Virus record (IMG/VR): IMGVR_UViG_3300017987_000001
Location: 1-64,000 of that record
Strand: one strand, 5' to 3'
DNA: 64,000 bases
Shown here: in pieces, positions 45,742 to 56,100 of the stretch
Layout of the letters: the number at the start of each line of letters is the position of its first letter
Numbering within the stretch: the first letter of the stretch is position 1
The notes under the pieces: model-generated
The model's database searches: none
What the model was told of the DNA's origin: nothing
The model's input: the letters and a program-made list of their open reading frames with translations, nothing else
Program-made: the position numbers and the translations under genes

Positions 45742-46032
45742 CTAGACCTCTCGTCGCTGCGTCTTGCCTTTCGGTCCCCGTATGTAGAGGACAAGCTTGT
45801 CGGCCTTCAGCAGCTGCTTCAGCGCCAGCAGCGAGGCTGGCGTTTTCGCGAGCGCAGTACGCACCGCGATGACGGACTGTGAGAGCTTGGCGCGCTTCGC
45901 GCACGTCCCACATCCGCCCTTCTTCTTTCTCATTGCGTTGTAGACGGCCTGTAGCAGCGGTACGCGCTTCCGCGCATTGCTGTCTTTGGCTAGGTTCAGT
46001 AGCGTCGCATCTGATACTGTGACCGTCTTCAT
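45742..46032 (-). CDS. small basic protein with GCGTC motif
   Basis: GGAGG SD; K/R-rich. Confidence 0.65.
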   Translation of the reverse strand: MKTVTVSDATLLNLAKDSNARKRVPLLQAVYNAMRKKKGGCGTCAKRAKLSQSVIAVRTALAKTPASLLALKQLLKADKLVLYIRGPKGKTQRREV

Positions 46033-46055
46033 ATGTATCCTCCGGGGTGGGAAGA

Positions 46056-46083
46056 TGCCCTCGCTCACCCGAGAGCGAGGGCA
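46056..46083 (-). terminator. hairpin at the 3' boundary of the candidate ncRNA
   Basis: TGCCCTCGCTC/GAGCGAGGGCA 11-bp stem. Confidence 0.5.
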
Positions 46084-46086
46084 AAG

Positions 46087-46425
46087 AGACTGCCGACGAA
46101 GGTATGGAGAGAGGGTCCGGGTACCGCACAGAACACCTGTACGAACTAACCGGGAACAATTGGTTAACGATGATCACGAGGGTCGTTCACTCCCTTGGAC
46201 GAACTACCTTCGGGTAAGATAGGCGCCCTGTTCACACCGAACTGCGCTTGAGCCTTCACTTAGTTGTACGCGTCCAACTATCCAGCTCATTGGGTACGCT
46301 GACCCTTGGTTTGCATGTAATCGATGGTACGATCACACACGCAGTCGACTCACCAAGGGCGGTCAAAGCATCACGACCACCTTAACCTTGATCGCTATGT
46401 ACTCCCTCCGGCCATTCGGCAGACT
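46087..46425 (-). ncRNA. candidate large Ro60-associated (Y-like) structured RNA
   Basis: 5'/3' ends pair (CTGCCGA/TCGGCAG; GGAGGGAG/CTCTCTCC); GCCGAATGG at the 5' end; many internal helices; no credible ORF; adjacent to the TROVE gene. Confidence 0.6.
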
Positions 46426-46432
46426 TCCCCCC

Positions 46433-46465
46433 AAAGAAACGGCCCGCGAACGACGCGGGCCGTTT
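46433..46465 (-). terminator. terminator after the TROVE gene
   Basis: AAACGGCCCGCG/CGCGGGCCGTTT stem plus CTTT. Confidence 0.6.
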
Positions 46466-46469
46466 GCTT

Positions 46470-48137
46470 CTACATTTTAGCCGTCAGCTTGTCCAGATCA
46501 ATGGCCTTGATCTGATCGAGCCAGTAATCGGCTGCACGTCCGGCGCTCCAGTCACCGATGTACGTGAAGACCTGATCGGAGAAGCCGCCGATCTGGTACA
46601 CGTCCGGATGATTCTCCGGCATCTGGTTGCTGGTGTTGGCGTACACGTTAATGTTCACCAACTGCGCCTTCGGGTTGCGCTTCTTGTAAGCCGCCCACGC
46701 CGTGGCCATCCCAGTGGCTCGGGAGCCATAGATGGATCCGAACTCGGCGTACGGCGTCTCGACCCACGCCTCGTTGTCCGAGACGTAGATCACCAGATTG
46801 CCCTTGTGCTTCTGGGCGTTCAGGTGCTTCAGCGCGACGGAGCAGTCCGTGCCTCCACCATGGAGCGCCAACTTGCGCGCGTTGGTCATGACCGAATCGC
46901 GCGGGTTGGCGGCAACCCGATGCACGCGCGTGTCGAACGGTACGATCGTCGTGGCGTCCGGGTTCTTGCGCAGCAGCGACGCTGCGACAAGCCCGGCCAC
47001 ATCCACGGCGAGCACCTTCGACGTTGCGCCTCCGCGCATGCCCGTGACAGGCCACGTCATCGATCCGCTCGTGTCAATGCAGACCGCGACGTTACCTTCG
47101 ATCGCCGGAACGTTCTCGCACGCGACTTCCATCGCGTCCTGTAGGGCGTTCGTGATCTTGGTCGGCGCCGAGCCTTCGTTCATCTTGAAGGCCATGAGGA
47201 TCTGGTACGGGAAGACCCGCGCCTTCCGGATCACGTCCGGGTCGCGCAGCTTCGCCGCGATCAGATCCACCATCGCAGGGTCGTTGTAGACCCCGTGACG
47301 GAGCGCCGTCTGCAGGTTCATCCTGCAGAAGTGCCAGCCGCCCTTCTTGAACAGTTCGCCCCATTCCGCCGTCGTCAGCGGGGAGGGGAGGCCGTCGAGC
47401 CGCTGGAACGGAACGGCCGGTACTTCCATGGCCAGTCCGCTCTCGGGCATCTTCGCACCGTTCGCAACCACCTGCTTCATGGCCTTGAACGCTTCGAACT
47501 GCTGAACCAGCTCGGGCAGCTGACTCAGATACTTCGACACCGGATCCCCGTCCTTCTTCAGGAAGTACCTGTAGATGGCCGAGTGCTGCGGCGTCGCGGG
47601 CTTCGGGTGCATCATCGTGATGACGTCCTTCATGGACGGCTTCCCGATGTCCCATCTGAAGAGCATCTCCGGGGACGTCCGGTCGAGCATCTGCTGGAGC
47701 AGACGTCGCGGACGGTGACCGATGTTGTCGCGACCGGTCACGTTGCTCCAGAGGATCTCGAAGAACCTCAGGAACATCTTCCCATTGTCGATGATCTTCG
47801 GGAACGCCTTCTCCAGATGGCGCATTCCCTCATTTCCGAGAGTCGTGAGGTAGCACGCCAGCAACGCTGGCATGTCCTTCATGTACCCTCGCTGACGGGC
47901 GAAGACTGCGATCTTCGCCACTAGTTCAGCTGAGACCTTCGGGAGCAATCCCACGATGGCCTTCAGCTGGTCCTCGGCTGAGCTGTAGTACGCATCACCG
48001 AACGTGCACGTCGCAGCCATCTGCGCCAGTGCCAGTTCGGGCGACAATGCGTACGCAGCTCCCCCAGCCTCGTTGGCTGCGGTTGCCGCCGGTGCAGCGA
48101 ACCCACCTCGCTGCGATCGAAAGACTCGGTTACTCAT
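46470..48137 (-). CDS. rsr: Ro60/Rsr TROVE-domain RNA-binding protein with vWA domain
   Basis: NEAGG.AY, RQRGYMKDMPA, HPKP, RMNL, ARVFPYQ, IDTSGSM, GGGTDCS, SDNE. Confidence 0.93.
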   Translation of the reverse strand: MSNRVFRSQRGGFAAPAATAANEAGGAAYALSPELALAQMAATCTFGDAYYSSAEDQLKAIVGLLPKVSAELVAKIAVFARQRGYMKDMPALLACYLTTLGNEGMRHLEKAFPKIIDNGKMFLRFFEILWSNVTGRDNIGHRPRRLLQQMLDRTSPEMLFRWDIGKPSMKDVITMMHPKPATPQHSAIYRYFLKKDGDPVSKYLSQLPELVQQFEAFKAMKQVVANGAKMPESGLAMEVPAVPFQRLDGLPSPLTTAEWGELFKKGGWHFCRMNLQTALRHGVYNDPAMVDLIAAKLRDPDVIRKARVFPYQILMAFKMNEGSAPTKITNALQDAMEVACENVPAIEGNVAVCIDTSGSMTWPVTGMRGGATSKVLAVDVAGLVAASLLRKNPDATTIVPFDTRVHRVAANPRDSVMTNARKLALHGGGTDCSVALKHLNAQKHKGNLVIYVSDNEAWVETPYAEFGSIYGSRATGMATAWAAYKKRNPKAQLVNINVYANTSNQMPENHPDVYQIGGFSDQVFTYIGDWSAGRAADYWLDQIKAIDLDKLTAKM

Positions 48138-48263
48138 TCTGCCCTCCTCTCGAATAGCAGACAAAGCACGCGCTCGAAATGAGCGCATGGCGAACCGGGT
48201 CCAACATATAGTAACGCGATATGGGCCTGTTTTAACCCCGGCCTAGGGCGTTCCACGGGTGTC

Positions 48264-48291
48264 AGATTACAGCAAGTAGGTTGCTTGTCAA
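48264..48291 (-). promoter_or_regulatory. putative promoter of the TROVE gene, giving a structured leader of about 120 nt
   Basis: TTGACA-16 nt-TAATCT. Confidence 0.4.
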
Positions 48292-48623
48292 TAGGGACTG
48301 TCGGCAAAAACGATGGTCTTCGCGTTGACCCATTTCCGCCGCAGCAGGAAGGTTCGGAGGGCGTCGTAGTCCGACGGTTTGAAGAGGCGGTGGAAGTGCC
48401 GCACGATATCCTGATACTTCTCCCGGGTCTCCGGCCGGAGCGCCCCGCGCGTGGTTTCACGGAGCTTGGTCATGTGTGCGGTCAGCTTCAGGACCGGCCC
48501 CTTCAGCGGAGCAAGGGATGGCACGTCGTCGTAGATGCGCAGGTCGGCGAGCAGCTTGCAGATCAGCCGATCGTCGATGAGATAGATGTCGTGATGCTTT
48601 ACTGCTCGTCCTGCTTTATGCAT
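48288..48623 (-). CDS. hypothetical protein
   Basis: Last gene of the GT operon; start uncertain. Confidence 0.5.
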   Translation of the reverse strand: MHKAGRAVKHHDIYLIDDRLICKLLADLRIYDDVPSLAPLKGPVLKLTAHMTKLRETTRGALRPETREKYQDIVRHFHRLFKPSDYDALRTFLLRRKWVNAKTIVFADSPY

Positions 48624-50065
48624 GGGCGCACCACCGGAATCTGTACGTCTGTCCCGACCGGCAGGAAGTGATCCTGCGAGATCTGTCGGAACAGGTCTGT
48701 ATACGTCTCCGCCTCCTTGTCCAGCTGCTGTGCCGGGGCGATGAAGAAGCCCGGGTGGGGGTAGTGTCGACCCCCCGCTGTACGGTAGATCCTACCACAG
48801 ACAGTAGCTGGAGCCACGGCGTTGGTCATCATGCGCAGCCAGTACGCGGAGGTCGGCTTGGCTCCCTGCTCGAACCAGAACAGGTGCCCGGACGTTCCTG
48901 CCGCGATCTCCTTGATGTCCTTCACCAGCTCACCGTCCCGCCGCACGATCGGGCTATCATCCCCGCTCTCACGAATCAGCGAGACCATGGAGTCGTACCA
49001 CTCCCCCTCGGGACCGTGGAGGCAGAAGACGTGCGACGGCAATGACGGCGGCTTGGCCACGACGTTCAGCCCACGCTCGATGGTCCCCTCCTTGTAGTAG
49101 GAGAAGATCGAGTCGATGACCTTGTCGGGCGTGATCATCGCCAAGCACTTCGGGAGCGACTGCTTGCCAATCTGTACGATGTTCTGACACTTCGAAGAGC
49201 CACCAGCCAGCTTCGACTTCCAGCAGCCCTTGCCCTTGCAGCAAGATAGCTGATCCTGCGTGTGTAGAAACCGGTGCTCGACGTAGTTGTCGTCGGCCGG
49301 GATCTGCCAGTGCGGGTCGCCGACCCGCATGTTGAAGAGCCGGTTCTCGTTGTTGTACGCCTCCCACCACCATGGCTCCCGACCCCCTGCTATGACCACG
49401 CAGGGCTTGTTGAAGGCCGCAGCGATATGCATGGCCGCCGTCACCGCACAAACCACACCCTCGGCATGATAGATCAGCCGGATGAACTCGCGCAGACCGG
49501 TCTTCTTGACCATGTAGTGCGCGACCCCGTCGATCTTCTCGTGCATGATGTGGTTCTTGCTACCTCCGCCGCACTGCACCCAGTCGATCTGGTCCTTCGT
49601 AGCAGTGATCACATCCTGCCAGTACTTCCGTGCCCAGATCTTTGTTCTGAAGTCCGTCTTGCCGCCGGAGAGGAAGAGCCAGTACGGAGGCTCGATGACT
49701 GGGTTCGTCTTCTCTTCTAGGGATAGGTGCAAGTCGGGCCTGAAGTCGGTCAGCTTGATGTCCGTCTTCAGTTTGTTGTTCATGTGCTCGATGAAGCCCC
49801 AGAGGAAGTGCTTCTTCGCTTGGTTCGACTTGTGGATCAACGGGTAGTGCGCGACGAACTGCTGCCCCTTCGGTGCCGGGCGCTTCGCCTTCTGCGCGTG
49901 CTTGATGTACGGGTTGTTCCTGAAGACATGCTCGGAGCCGGGAGAGACCGTCATCGTCACGTCGAACTTCCCCGGGTGGCGGAGCGCGAGATCGCGGATG
50001 GCTGCCGACAGTACGACGATGTCACCGGGACTCTGGGTGTTACGGACAATCAGTGGGGAACCCAT
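48599..50065 (-). CDS. GT9-like (heptosyltransferase-type, GT-B) glycosyltransferase with extra C-terminal domain
   Basis: SPGD...SAAIRDL, PDLHLS, TAAMHIAAAFNKPCVVI.GGRE. Confidence 0.8.
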   Translation of the reverse strand: MGSPLIVRNTQSPGDIVVLSAAIRDLALRHPGKFDVTMTVSPGSEHVFRNNPYIKHAQKAKRPAPKGQQFVAHYPLIHKSNQAKKHFLWGFIEHMNNKLKTDIKLTDFRPDLHLSLEEKTNPVIEPPYWLFLSGGKTDFRTKIWARKYWQDVITATKDQIDWVQCGGGSKNHIMHEKIDGVAHYMVKKTGLREFIRLIYHAEGVVCAVTAAMHIAAAFNKPCVVIAGGREPWWWEAYNNENRLFNMRVGDPHWQIPADDNYVEHRFLHTQDQLSCCKGKGCWKSKLAGGSSKCQNIVQIGKQSLPKCLAMITPDKVIDSIFSYYKEGTIERGLNVVAKPPSLPSHVFCLHGPEGEWYDSMVSLIRESGDDSPIVRRDGELVKDIKEIAAGTSGHLFWFEQGAKPTSAYWLRMMTNAVAPATVCGRIYRTAGGRHYPHPGFFIAPAQQLDKEAETYTDLFRQISQDHFLPVGTDVQIPVVRPCIKQDEQ

Positions 50066-51047
50066 GCGTCTCCTCTTCAATCAACTGTAGTACCTTCTCG
50101 ACCACAACCGCCGGATTGATCCGCTCCAGCGCGAGACAGCCCTTCCGGCACGACGGCTTGCACCCGTACGAAGCGCGGCGGTAGCAGGGCATCGTGCACT
50201 CAAGTCCGACACGCTCGCGCTCTCCCGCCATGATCGCATGACACGTGCGGTAGTCACTGCCAATAGCCTCCCCGTTCGTCTGCGCGAACAGTCCCACGGT
50301 GGGCCGTTCGAGGAAGCCACCGATGTGGAAGAACGCGCTATCGCCGGTTATGATCGCGTCGCAGATCCGCACGGTCTCTACGATCATCCTCGGATCGGCA
50401 CCAATCATCGCCCATGCGTCCATCTCCTCTGCCCACTCCTGCATGAACTTCTCGTGGTGAAAGAGGATGCACTTCGCGCCCTCCAAGCGGAAGGCGTCGA
50501 CCATACCGGCAACCTGCTCCTTGCTGAGCGAGCGCCACTTCCAGTGCGACAGCGGCTGGATGCCGACCAGATATCGCTCCGGCAAGTCCTTCTGCTTGTG
50601 AAGCCACCCCGCCGTGCGCAGTACCCACTCGCGCCGACGCGGGATCTTGATGTGACACAGCGGCAGCTCCTCGCCGAGGATGTTCGACGCAACCTCACGC
50701 CACTTCTGCCAGCGGCTGTGGTTGATCGGGCTGAAGGCTGCATTCTCGTACGACTCCGCCGGGTCGTACAGGTCTACGACGCGATCGAAGTCTACGTTGA
50801 TGTCGAGGTAGGGATACCGCGCCGGGTCAGGTGGTTGACTCAGGCCACGGCGTGCGCCGGAGTTCACGACCACCAGCGGCGAGGCGACCGGATCGAGCTG
50901 CGCCCAACTAAGCAGGCTATCCTGTACGAACGTCCATACCTCCGCGTTCGGTATGGCTTCGCGAATTGAGTAGGCGATACTGAGGCGTCGGAGGACGTCA
51001 CCGATGCCTCCGCCCTCACTCAGCAGCTGGATCTTCGGGTTTCGCAT
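50040..51047 (-). CDS. GT9-like glycosyltransferase
   Basis: GGIGD, IITGDSAFFHIGG..RPTVGLF, C.PC...C...CL..I.P..V. Confidence 0.82.
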   Translation of the reverse strand: MRNPKIQLLSEGGGIGDVLRRLSIAYSIREAIPNAEVWTFVQDSLLSWAQLDPVASPLVVVNSGARRGLSQPPDPARYPYLDINVDFDRVVDLYDPAESYENAAFSPINHSRWQKWREVASNILGEELPLCHIKIPRRREWVLRTAGWLHKQKDLPERYLVGIQPLSHWKWRSLSKEQVAGMVDAFRLEGAKCILFHHEKFMQEWAEEMDAWAMIGADPRMIVETVRICDAIITGDSAFFHIGGFLERPTVGLFAQTNGEAIGSDYRTCHAIMAGERERVGLECTMPCYRRASYGCKPSCRKGCLALERINPAVVVEKVLQLIEEETHGFPTDCP

Positions 51048-51702
51048 CGTCAATAGCTCTTGTCCCAAGGGCTATACGGAGCAGCTCCATCGAAGCCCAT
51101 CGCGCCTTGTTCGGCGTACCCGGGAAGTGGATCAGTCGCGCATCGGCAACCTCGTCGTAGCTGGAGTGCACAAGACAGTGCACGTTCCCCGGCAGCCAGT
51201 GCACCTTGAAGTTCACCTGTATGAGGTGGTTCATCGGCATCTGCTCGTACGTACCGTTGTACGGATCCCTGAAGCCCATATTGAGCATGAAGCCTTTGAG
51301 CTGTTCGAATACCGGCTTCGTGTCTCGTCGCATAACGAAGAAGCCCGCATTGAACACGTGCTTGTTCCTCGCAAACAGCGGGTGCGCCGCACACATCTGA
51401 CTGACCCACCACGGGGCGTCCGGCACCGCCGCGAACGGAACATCGGGGATCTCCGGCATAGCGCGGATCGGCGCAGCATCGAAGTCGATGTACATGATGC
51501 GCTGCGTATCCTCCGGAACGACGTCCCACAGCCATGCCTTCGCGTAGGTCGGGTGGCCAAGAAGCGCCTCGTCAGGGAGCATATCCCGACGGATGATCAG
51601 CATCTTACGGTTGTTCAGCGCTTCGAACCGATCCGCGATCCACTGCTCGATCTTCGGGTACGGGTGGTCAACAGAGAGCAGCACCGGCAGGTAATCAGTC
51701 AC
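51016..51702 (-). CDS. GT8-like (GT-A) glycosyltransferase, paralog 3
   Basis: KAWLW, YIDFD (DxD), FAAVPD, FNAGFFV, EQ..MN, LIHF.G. Confidence 0.75.
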   Translation of the reverse strand: MTDYLPVLLSVDHPYPKIEQWIADRFEALNNRKMLIIRRDMLPDEALLGHPTYAKAWLWDVVPEDTQRIMYIDFDAAPIRAMPEIPDVPFAAVPDAPWWVSQMCAAHPLFARNKHVFNAGFFVMRRDTKPVFEQLKGFMLNMGFRDPYNGTYEQMPMNHLIQVNFKVHWLPGNVHCLVHSSYDEVADARLIHFPGTPNKARWASMELLRIALGTRAIDDAKPEDPAAE

Positions 51703-52366
51703 GGTCTTCCTCCTCCGGCAGAGGGTCCAGTCCGATCGTGTGTCGCAGCAAGTTCATCATGACGAGGTTCGTATCCATGGGGAGCGCGCAGAAGTGCACG
51801 GCGATCGCCGTCTTCATCATCTCGGGATCGGCGCAGAGCATGACCGTGTTCAGGTCGTGTGACATCCACTCAACCCCTACCGTCGACTGCATGATGTGGT
51901 TGAAGTGGGTCTGCAGGAACTCGCCGTTCGTGTAGTCGTCCTGCCCGTTCCACACTGCGAACGACTTGAGCTGGTCGAAGAGTGGTTGCGTGTCTCGCCG
52001 GGCCACGAAGAAGCCAACGTTGAAGAAGCACGGCAGGCTCGGGTACAGCCCAGCCATGTACTCGATCTGCATCTCCGCGTCGCGCGCCGCGACGAATGGC
52101 GCATCCGGGATCTCCGGCAGCGGGCGCAACGGGACCATATCGGTGTCGACGAACAAGACCCTGCGCGTGAACTTCGGGACCACATCCCAGATCCACGCTT
52201 GGCGATACGGTCCGTAGACCTCCTTCGCCACGTCCGGTAGGTCGTCACGCTCGACAATGTGTACGCGCTTGCCGTTCAGCCTCTCGAAGCGCTCCGCTAT
52301 CCACTGCTGCAGATCAGGATGCGGTTGGTCAATAGACAGCATGACAGGCAGGTAGTCGGAAGCCAT
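51695..52366 (-). CDS. GT8-like glycosyltransferase, paralog 2
   Basis: FVDTD, FVAARD, FNVGFFV, Q..FN, VHF. Confidence 0.75.
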   Translation of the reverse strand: MASDYLPVMLSIDQPHPDLQQWIAERFERLNGKRVHIVERDDLPDVAKEVYGPYRQAWIWDVVPKFTRRVLFVDTDMVPLRPLPEIPDAPFVAARDAEMQIEYMAGLYPSLPCFFNVGFFVARRDTQPLFDQLKSFAVWNGQDDYTNGEFLQTHFNHIMQSTVGVEWMSHDLNTVMLCADPEMMKTAIAVHFCALPMDTNLVMMNLLRHTIGLDPLPEEEDRD

Positions 52367-52383
52367 TGCTACCTCCGTCGAGG

Positions 52384-53112
52384 TTACTTAGCGTCGCGCG
52401 GATGCGCTACCCACCCGGGGGTTGGGGGGCCGTCAAGATTCCCGCCGAACGCCTCGATTCGTTCGGTGAGATGCTTGACGTATCTGTGGTAGGCCCACGT
52501 GCCGTGCTCGTTGGCGTTGAAGTTGATCATGTACGGGTAGTCGTAGTAGTACTGCTTCTCGTACGTGATATTCCAGTTCCACTCGCGTGGTAATTCGTGG
52601 ACCTCAAACCGAGACTGAATCTCTTCATTCAGCGGGGTGTAACACGCCCGGCCATCGAAGCCGAGACCACCCTGCTTCTCGAACTTGGGCGTGCCCTCCA
52701 GAAGCTTCACCTTGTCAAAGGCAACGCGCGTATCGCGATGTGCGACAAACATATGCATCTGGAAGTACTTCTGCGTCTGCTTGATGACCTCTGAGTGGTA
52801 CATCCCCTGATTGACGCGATCGTGCCGATCCATGACAGCCGCGAACTTCAGCTCCGGCAGTGGTGGTAGCGTACGGATCGGAAGCACCTTCGAGTCCAAG
52901 ACCATGATGTACTCCACGTCGTCCGGAACCATGTCCCAGACCCACAGGAAGTACCAGTACTTATTGACCTCTTTGGGGAAGTCGGCCGTCGTCAGAAGCT
53001 GCGGCCTGATATCGTTCAGCCGCTCGAACTGATCTACCGTATCCCGGGCGCGCGCTACTGACTCCTTGCGCGTCTCTGTCGTATGAACGACTACCGGGTG
53101 ATACGCGATCAT
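52384..53112 (-). CDS. GT8-like glycosyltransferase, paralog 1 (divergent DxD)
   Basis: WVWDMVP, VLDSK, FAAVMD, LPREWN shared with the other paralogs. Confidence 0.6.
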   Translation of the reverse strand: MIAYHPVVVHTTETRKESVARARDTVDQFERLNDIRPQLLTTADFPKEVNKYWYFLWVWDMVPDDVEYIMVLDSKVLPIRTLPPLPELKFAAVMDRHDRVNQGMYHSEVIKQTQKYFQMHMFVAHRDTRVAFDKVKLLEGTPKFEKQGGLGFDGRACYTPLNEEIQSRFEVHELPREWNWNITYEKQYYYDYPYMINFNANEHGTWAYHRYVKHLTERIEAFGGNLDGPPTPGWVAHPRDAK

Positions 53113-56100
53113 TATGCCGTTCCGCTCACGCAGCAGCTTCCCGAAGCGCCGGACTGACCCGACGTACCGGAGAGGCCCGACGCACCGGAGAGGCCCGAGG
53201 CGCCCGACAACCCGGAAGCGCCCGACAAGCCCGATTCTCCCGACTGACCGGATGCACCAGACTGGCCCGACTGTCCGGACTGACCCGACTGACCCGACTG
53301 GCCAGACTCACCGGACTCACCGGACTCACCCGATTGGCCAGACTCACCGGACTCACCCGACTGGCCGGACTCTCCGCCACCGCCACCGGGGACCGGCGGG
53401 CAACAGAGAATCACCGGCTCAGGCGGAACCGGGATGTCACAGTCTTCGACTAGCGCACCAGTGATGCGACGGACGTACGGGATCTCGCATCCTGCCCGCC
53501 GCCAGTATGCGGGCATCGCGAATTCGACGGGCAGGTACGCGAACACCTCGGCTGCGTACGTGTACGGATCGTCGACGTCGCTGCGAGTCCGTATCTTGAG
53601 GGTGGTGCGGTAATCCTCCTCGTTGTCAGAAAATGGTACTTCTGTCGGGAAGAGTGTCAACACCTGATTCTCGTAGTTGGGACTGTCGTCGTTGATCGTG
53701 TACTGCAGCCAGTACGGAATCGGGTATGCCGGGTCTCCCGTGATGACCGAGATTGCTTCCTTGCCCGTGCCGCGCACCAAGTTGAAGAGTACGTACTGAG
53801 GAAGCGGGATCTGCCAGTCCGCTGTCGGCTCGAAGTAGATCGATCGCGGGTTGTAGTCGTAAAGTTCCGACTCTTCCCAGTTCACCGTGATGGTGACGGT
53901 AGCCGGGATGATTGTCGACAGTTGCGTCTGCCCCTCCGCGTACGCATTCGCTGCGGACACGTCGATGTCCTGCGAGTACGACGACGCAGGAGGATCAGCG
54001 AGGCCGGTCATCACTCCGATATCGACAGTTAGGTCTACGTACTGGTCGTTCCCCGAACCGCCGTAGCTGTCCACGGACAACCACGTGCCGAGGCTGCTCA
54101 CAGCGATCGGGTCGAGGATGAAGTCCCCGATGTTCGTCACTGGAACGCGGATCGTCAGCGACGTGTCCTCCCCGGCAATGAACGTGGCAGACACATCTTC
54201 GACGCCAAGCACCGGCGCCTGAATGTACAGGTTGACCGGCACGTCCAGCTCGATCGCGCACCCGGGCGATGACGACGAGTGGAAGGATGACGAGCTGTCC
54301 GAATTGTCGGGGGCGCAGATCTTGAAGGTGCCTTGATAGAGTCCCTGTGGCACCGTCACGCCAGCCACCGTCGGGCGTACGTGCAGGTAACCGACCCGGT
54401 CCTGATAGCGCGACTCGGTGAACGACGCGGTCAGCCACGCCGGGACGTCCTGCACCGTGATCGGTGAGCCGATCGGGACGCTCTCCGGCCAGTACTTGTC
54501 ATACACCGGGATGATCTGCTCATCCGGCTGAACGCCAAGCGGCGTGACGAACTGGATCGGCAGGTTGTCAATCTCGAACGTGGGCGCTGGTTCGATGTCG
54601 TAGCGAACGTAGTACTTGCGCGGGGTGTTCAGCGCGTTCGGGACCGAGATCTGAATGATCGCCTCGTACGGTGAGTTCTCGGGAGCCAGCTCCGTCGTGT
54701 TCGGTTGGAAGTTGAGGTACTGGTCGTCACCGCTTCCGATGCGTGTCAGGTCAAGCCAACCGGGTTTCGATACGACCGCGTCCAGCAGCGTGTCGGTCGC
54801 CCCCGGTTCGGGTGTGACGTGGATCGTCTCCATGGGCGGTGCGGGATCGCCGTAGACCGCGTCAAACTGGATGATCGGCTGCGGCGGCCACGGGTTCCTG
54901 AAGTACGTACCAACCCGCGTCGGCGTGTCCGGACAGCCGTTGAAGTCAGTACCGCTGCTGGAGATTCCGGTACAGGCGGCAACAGTGTTGGTATCGGAGC
55001 CAGCCTCCCAGTTCTTTCCATCGATACCATTCTTTGACTTCAGCGTCGTGTTAACGTCTGAAAAGCGCGCATACTCAGGCTTCGGCGTAGTTTCAGCAGT
55101 GAGCGTTACGTCGTTTGCCGCTGCAGCGATCCATGGCCGTGCTGTTAGGGTAAGCGGGCAACGAGTTCCTTGTCCTTGCGCGTCGATCTCCTTGGCGGCA
55201 ATCCACGCATAACCCGGACCCTCGCTAGGATTCGATCCGTCGTTGGGCAAATGCACAAGAAAGTCACCGCTTGTCGCCTTGAACGACAGCTTGTTGCGCA
55301 CGTACAACTGAGCACCAGTCTTCGCGATCGTCATGTCCTGCGGCGCGATACCGCCAGCCCCGGCAACATCACGAATCGTGAGGTCGTAGAAGTTGTAGAC
55401 CGATGAGTCACCCGTCCCGAACGTATAGGTGCGGCCGTGCGTCAGTGCCGCGTGCAGCTCAACGAGGCTGCCGTTGGCGCAGTCGATCTCGACGTTGGTG
55501 AAGTCGACGTTCGAGCCGCCGGTTGCATCCTCGCTGAGCGTAAGCAGCGCACCGGCCTCGACCGAGATTGTGATGTCGGCCGTGGTAGCCCCGAAGCGCT
55601 GGAAGTCCCTGCACTTCACGCCCTCCTGTAGTGCAATACCTCCGATAGGTGGCTTTACCACGATGTCGACAGTCTTACCAGCCGCCCCGGTATGGGAGAC
55701 TCTTAGTTCAGCGCTGATGTCGAAGTTGCCGTGGAAGTTGATCGTACCGCCGTCTGCAGCTACGACTCCAGAGCCAACAGAGAGGTAGTTCGTCACCTCA
55801 GCAACGAAGACGTGCTCCGTTGGGTCATCGCCCTGATCGTACGGATACAGATCGATCGTCTGGCCAGTCCCGTTCAACAGGCAAGCTATTATATTACTCC
55901 TAATCGTGCCTCGCGGCAGCCGCACCGTGACTGCAGCATTGGGATACGCAGCGAACATGCTCAGCGCGAATGAGTTGATCCTGTTCGTAGACGTGTCGAA
56001 CGGCTCGCCACCGCCGATATTGCGCATGTCGCTGATGTCGCCGTCCTGACCGCTGACGAGGAAGTTCCGCGTCCCGTCCGCGTCCGGAGCGATCTGGTAC

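Noticed and set aside
46087-46425. tmRNA, RNase P RNA or group I intron
   Set aside because: No tRNA-Ala-like ends or CCA, no GAGGAAAGUCC P4 motif, no recognisable P7 motif and no interrupted gene.
53137-53375. CRISPR array or other DNA repeat element
   Set aside because: 9-nt periodic, in-frame, synonymously variable collagen-like coding repeat with no spacers; no CRISPR array was seen anywhere in the window.
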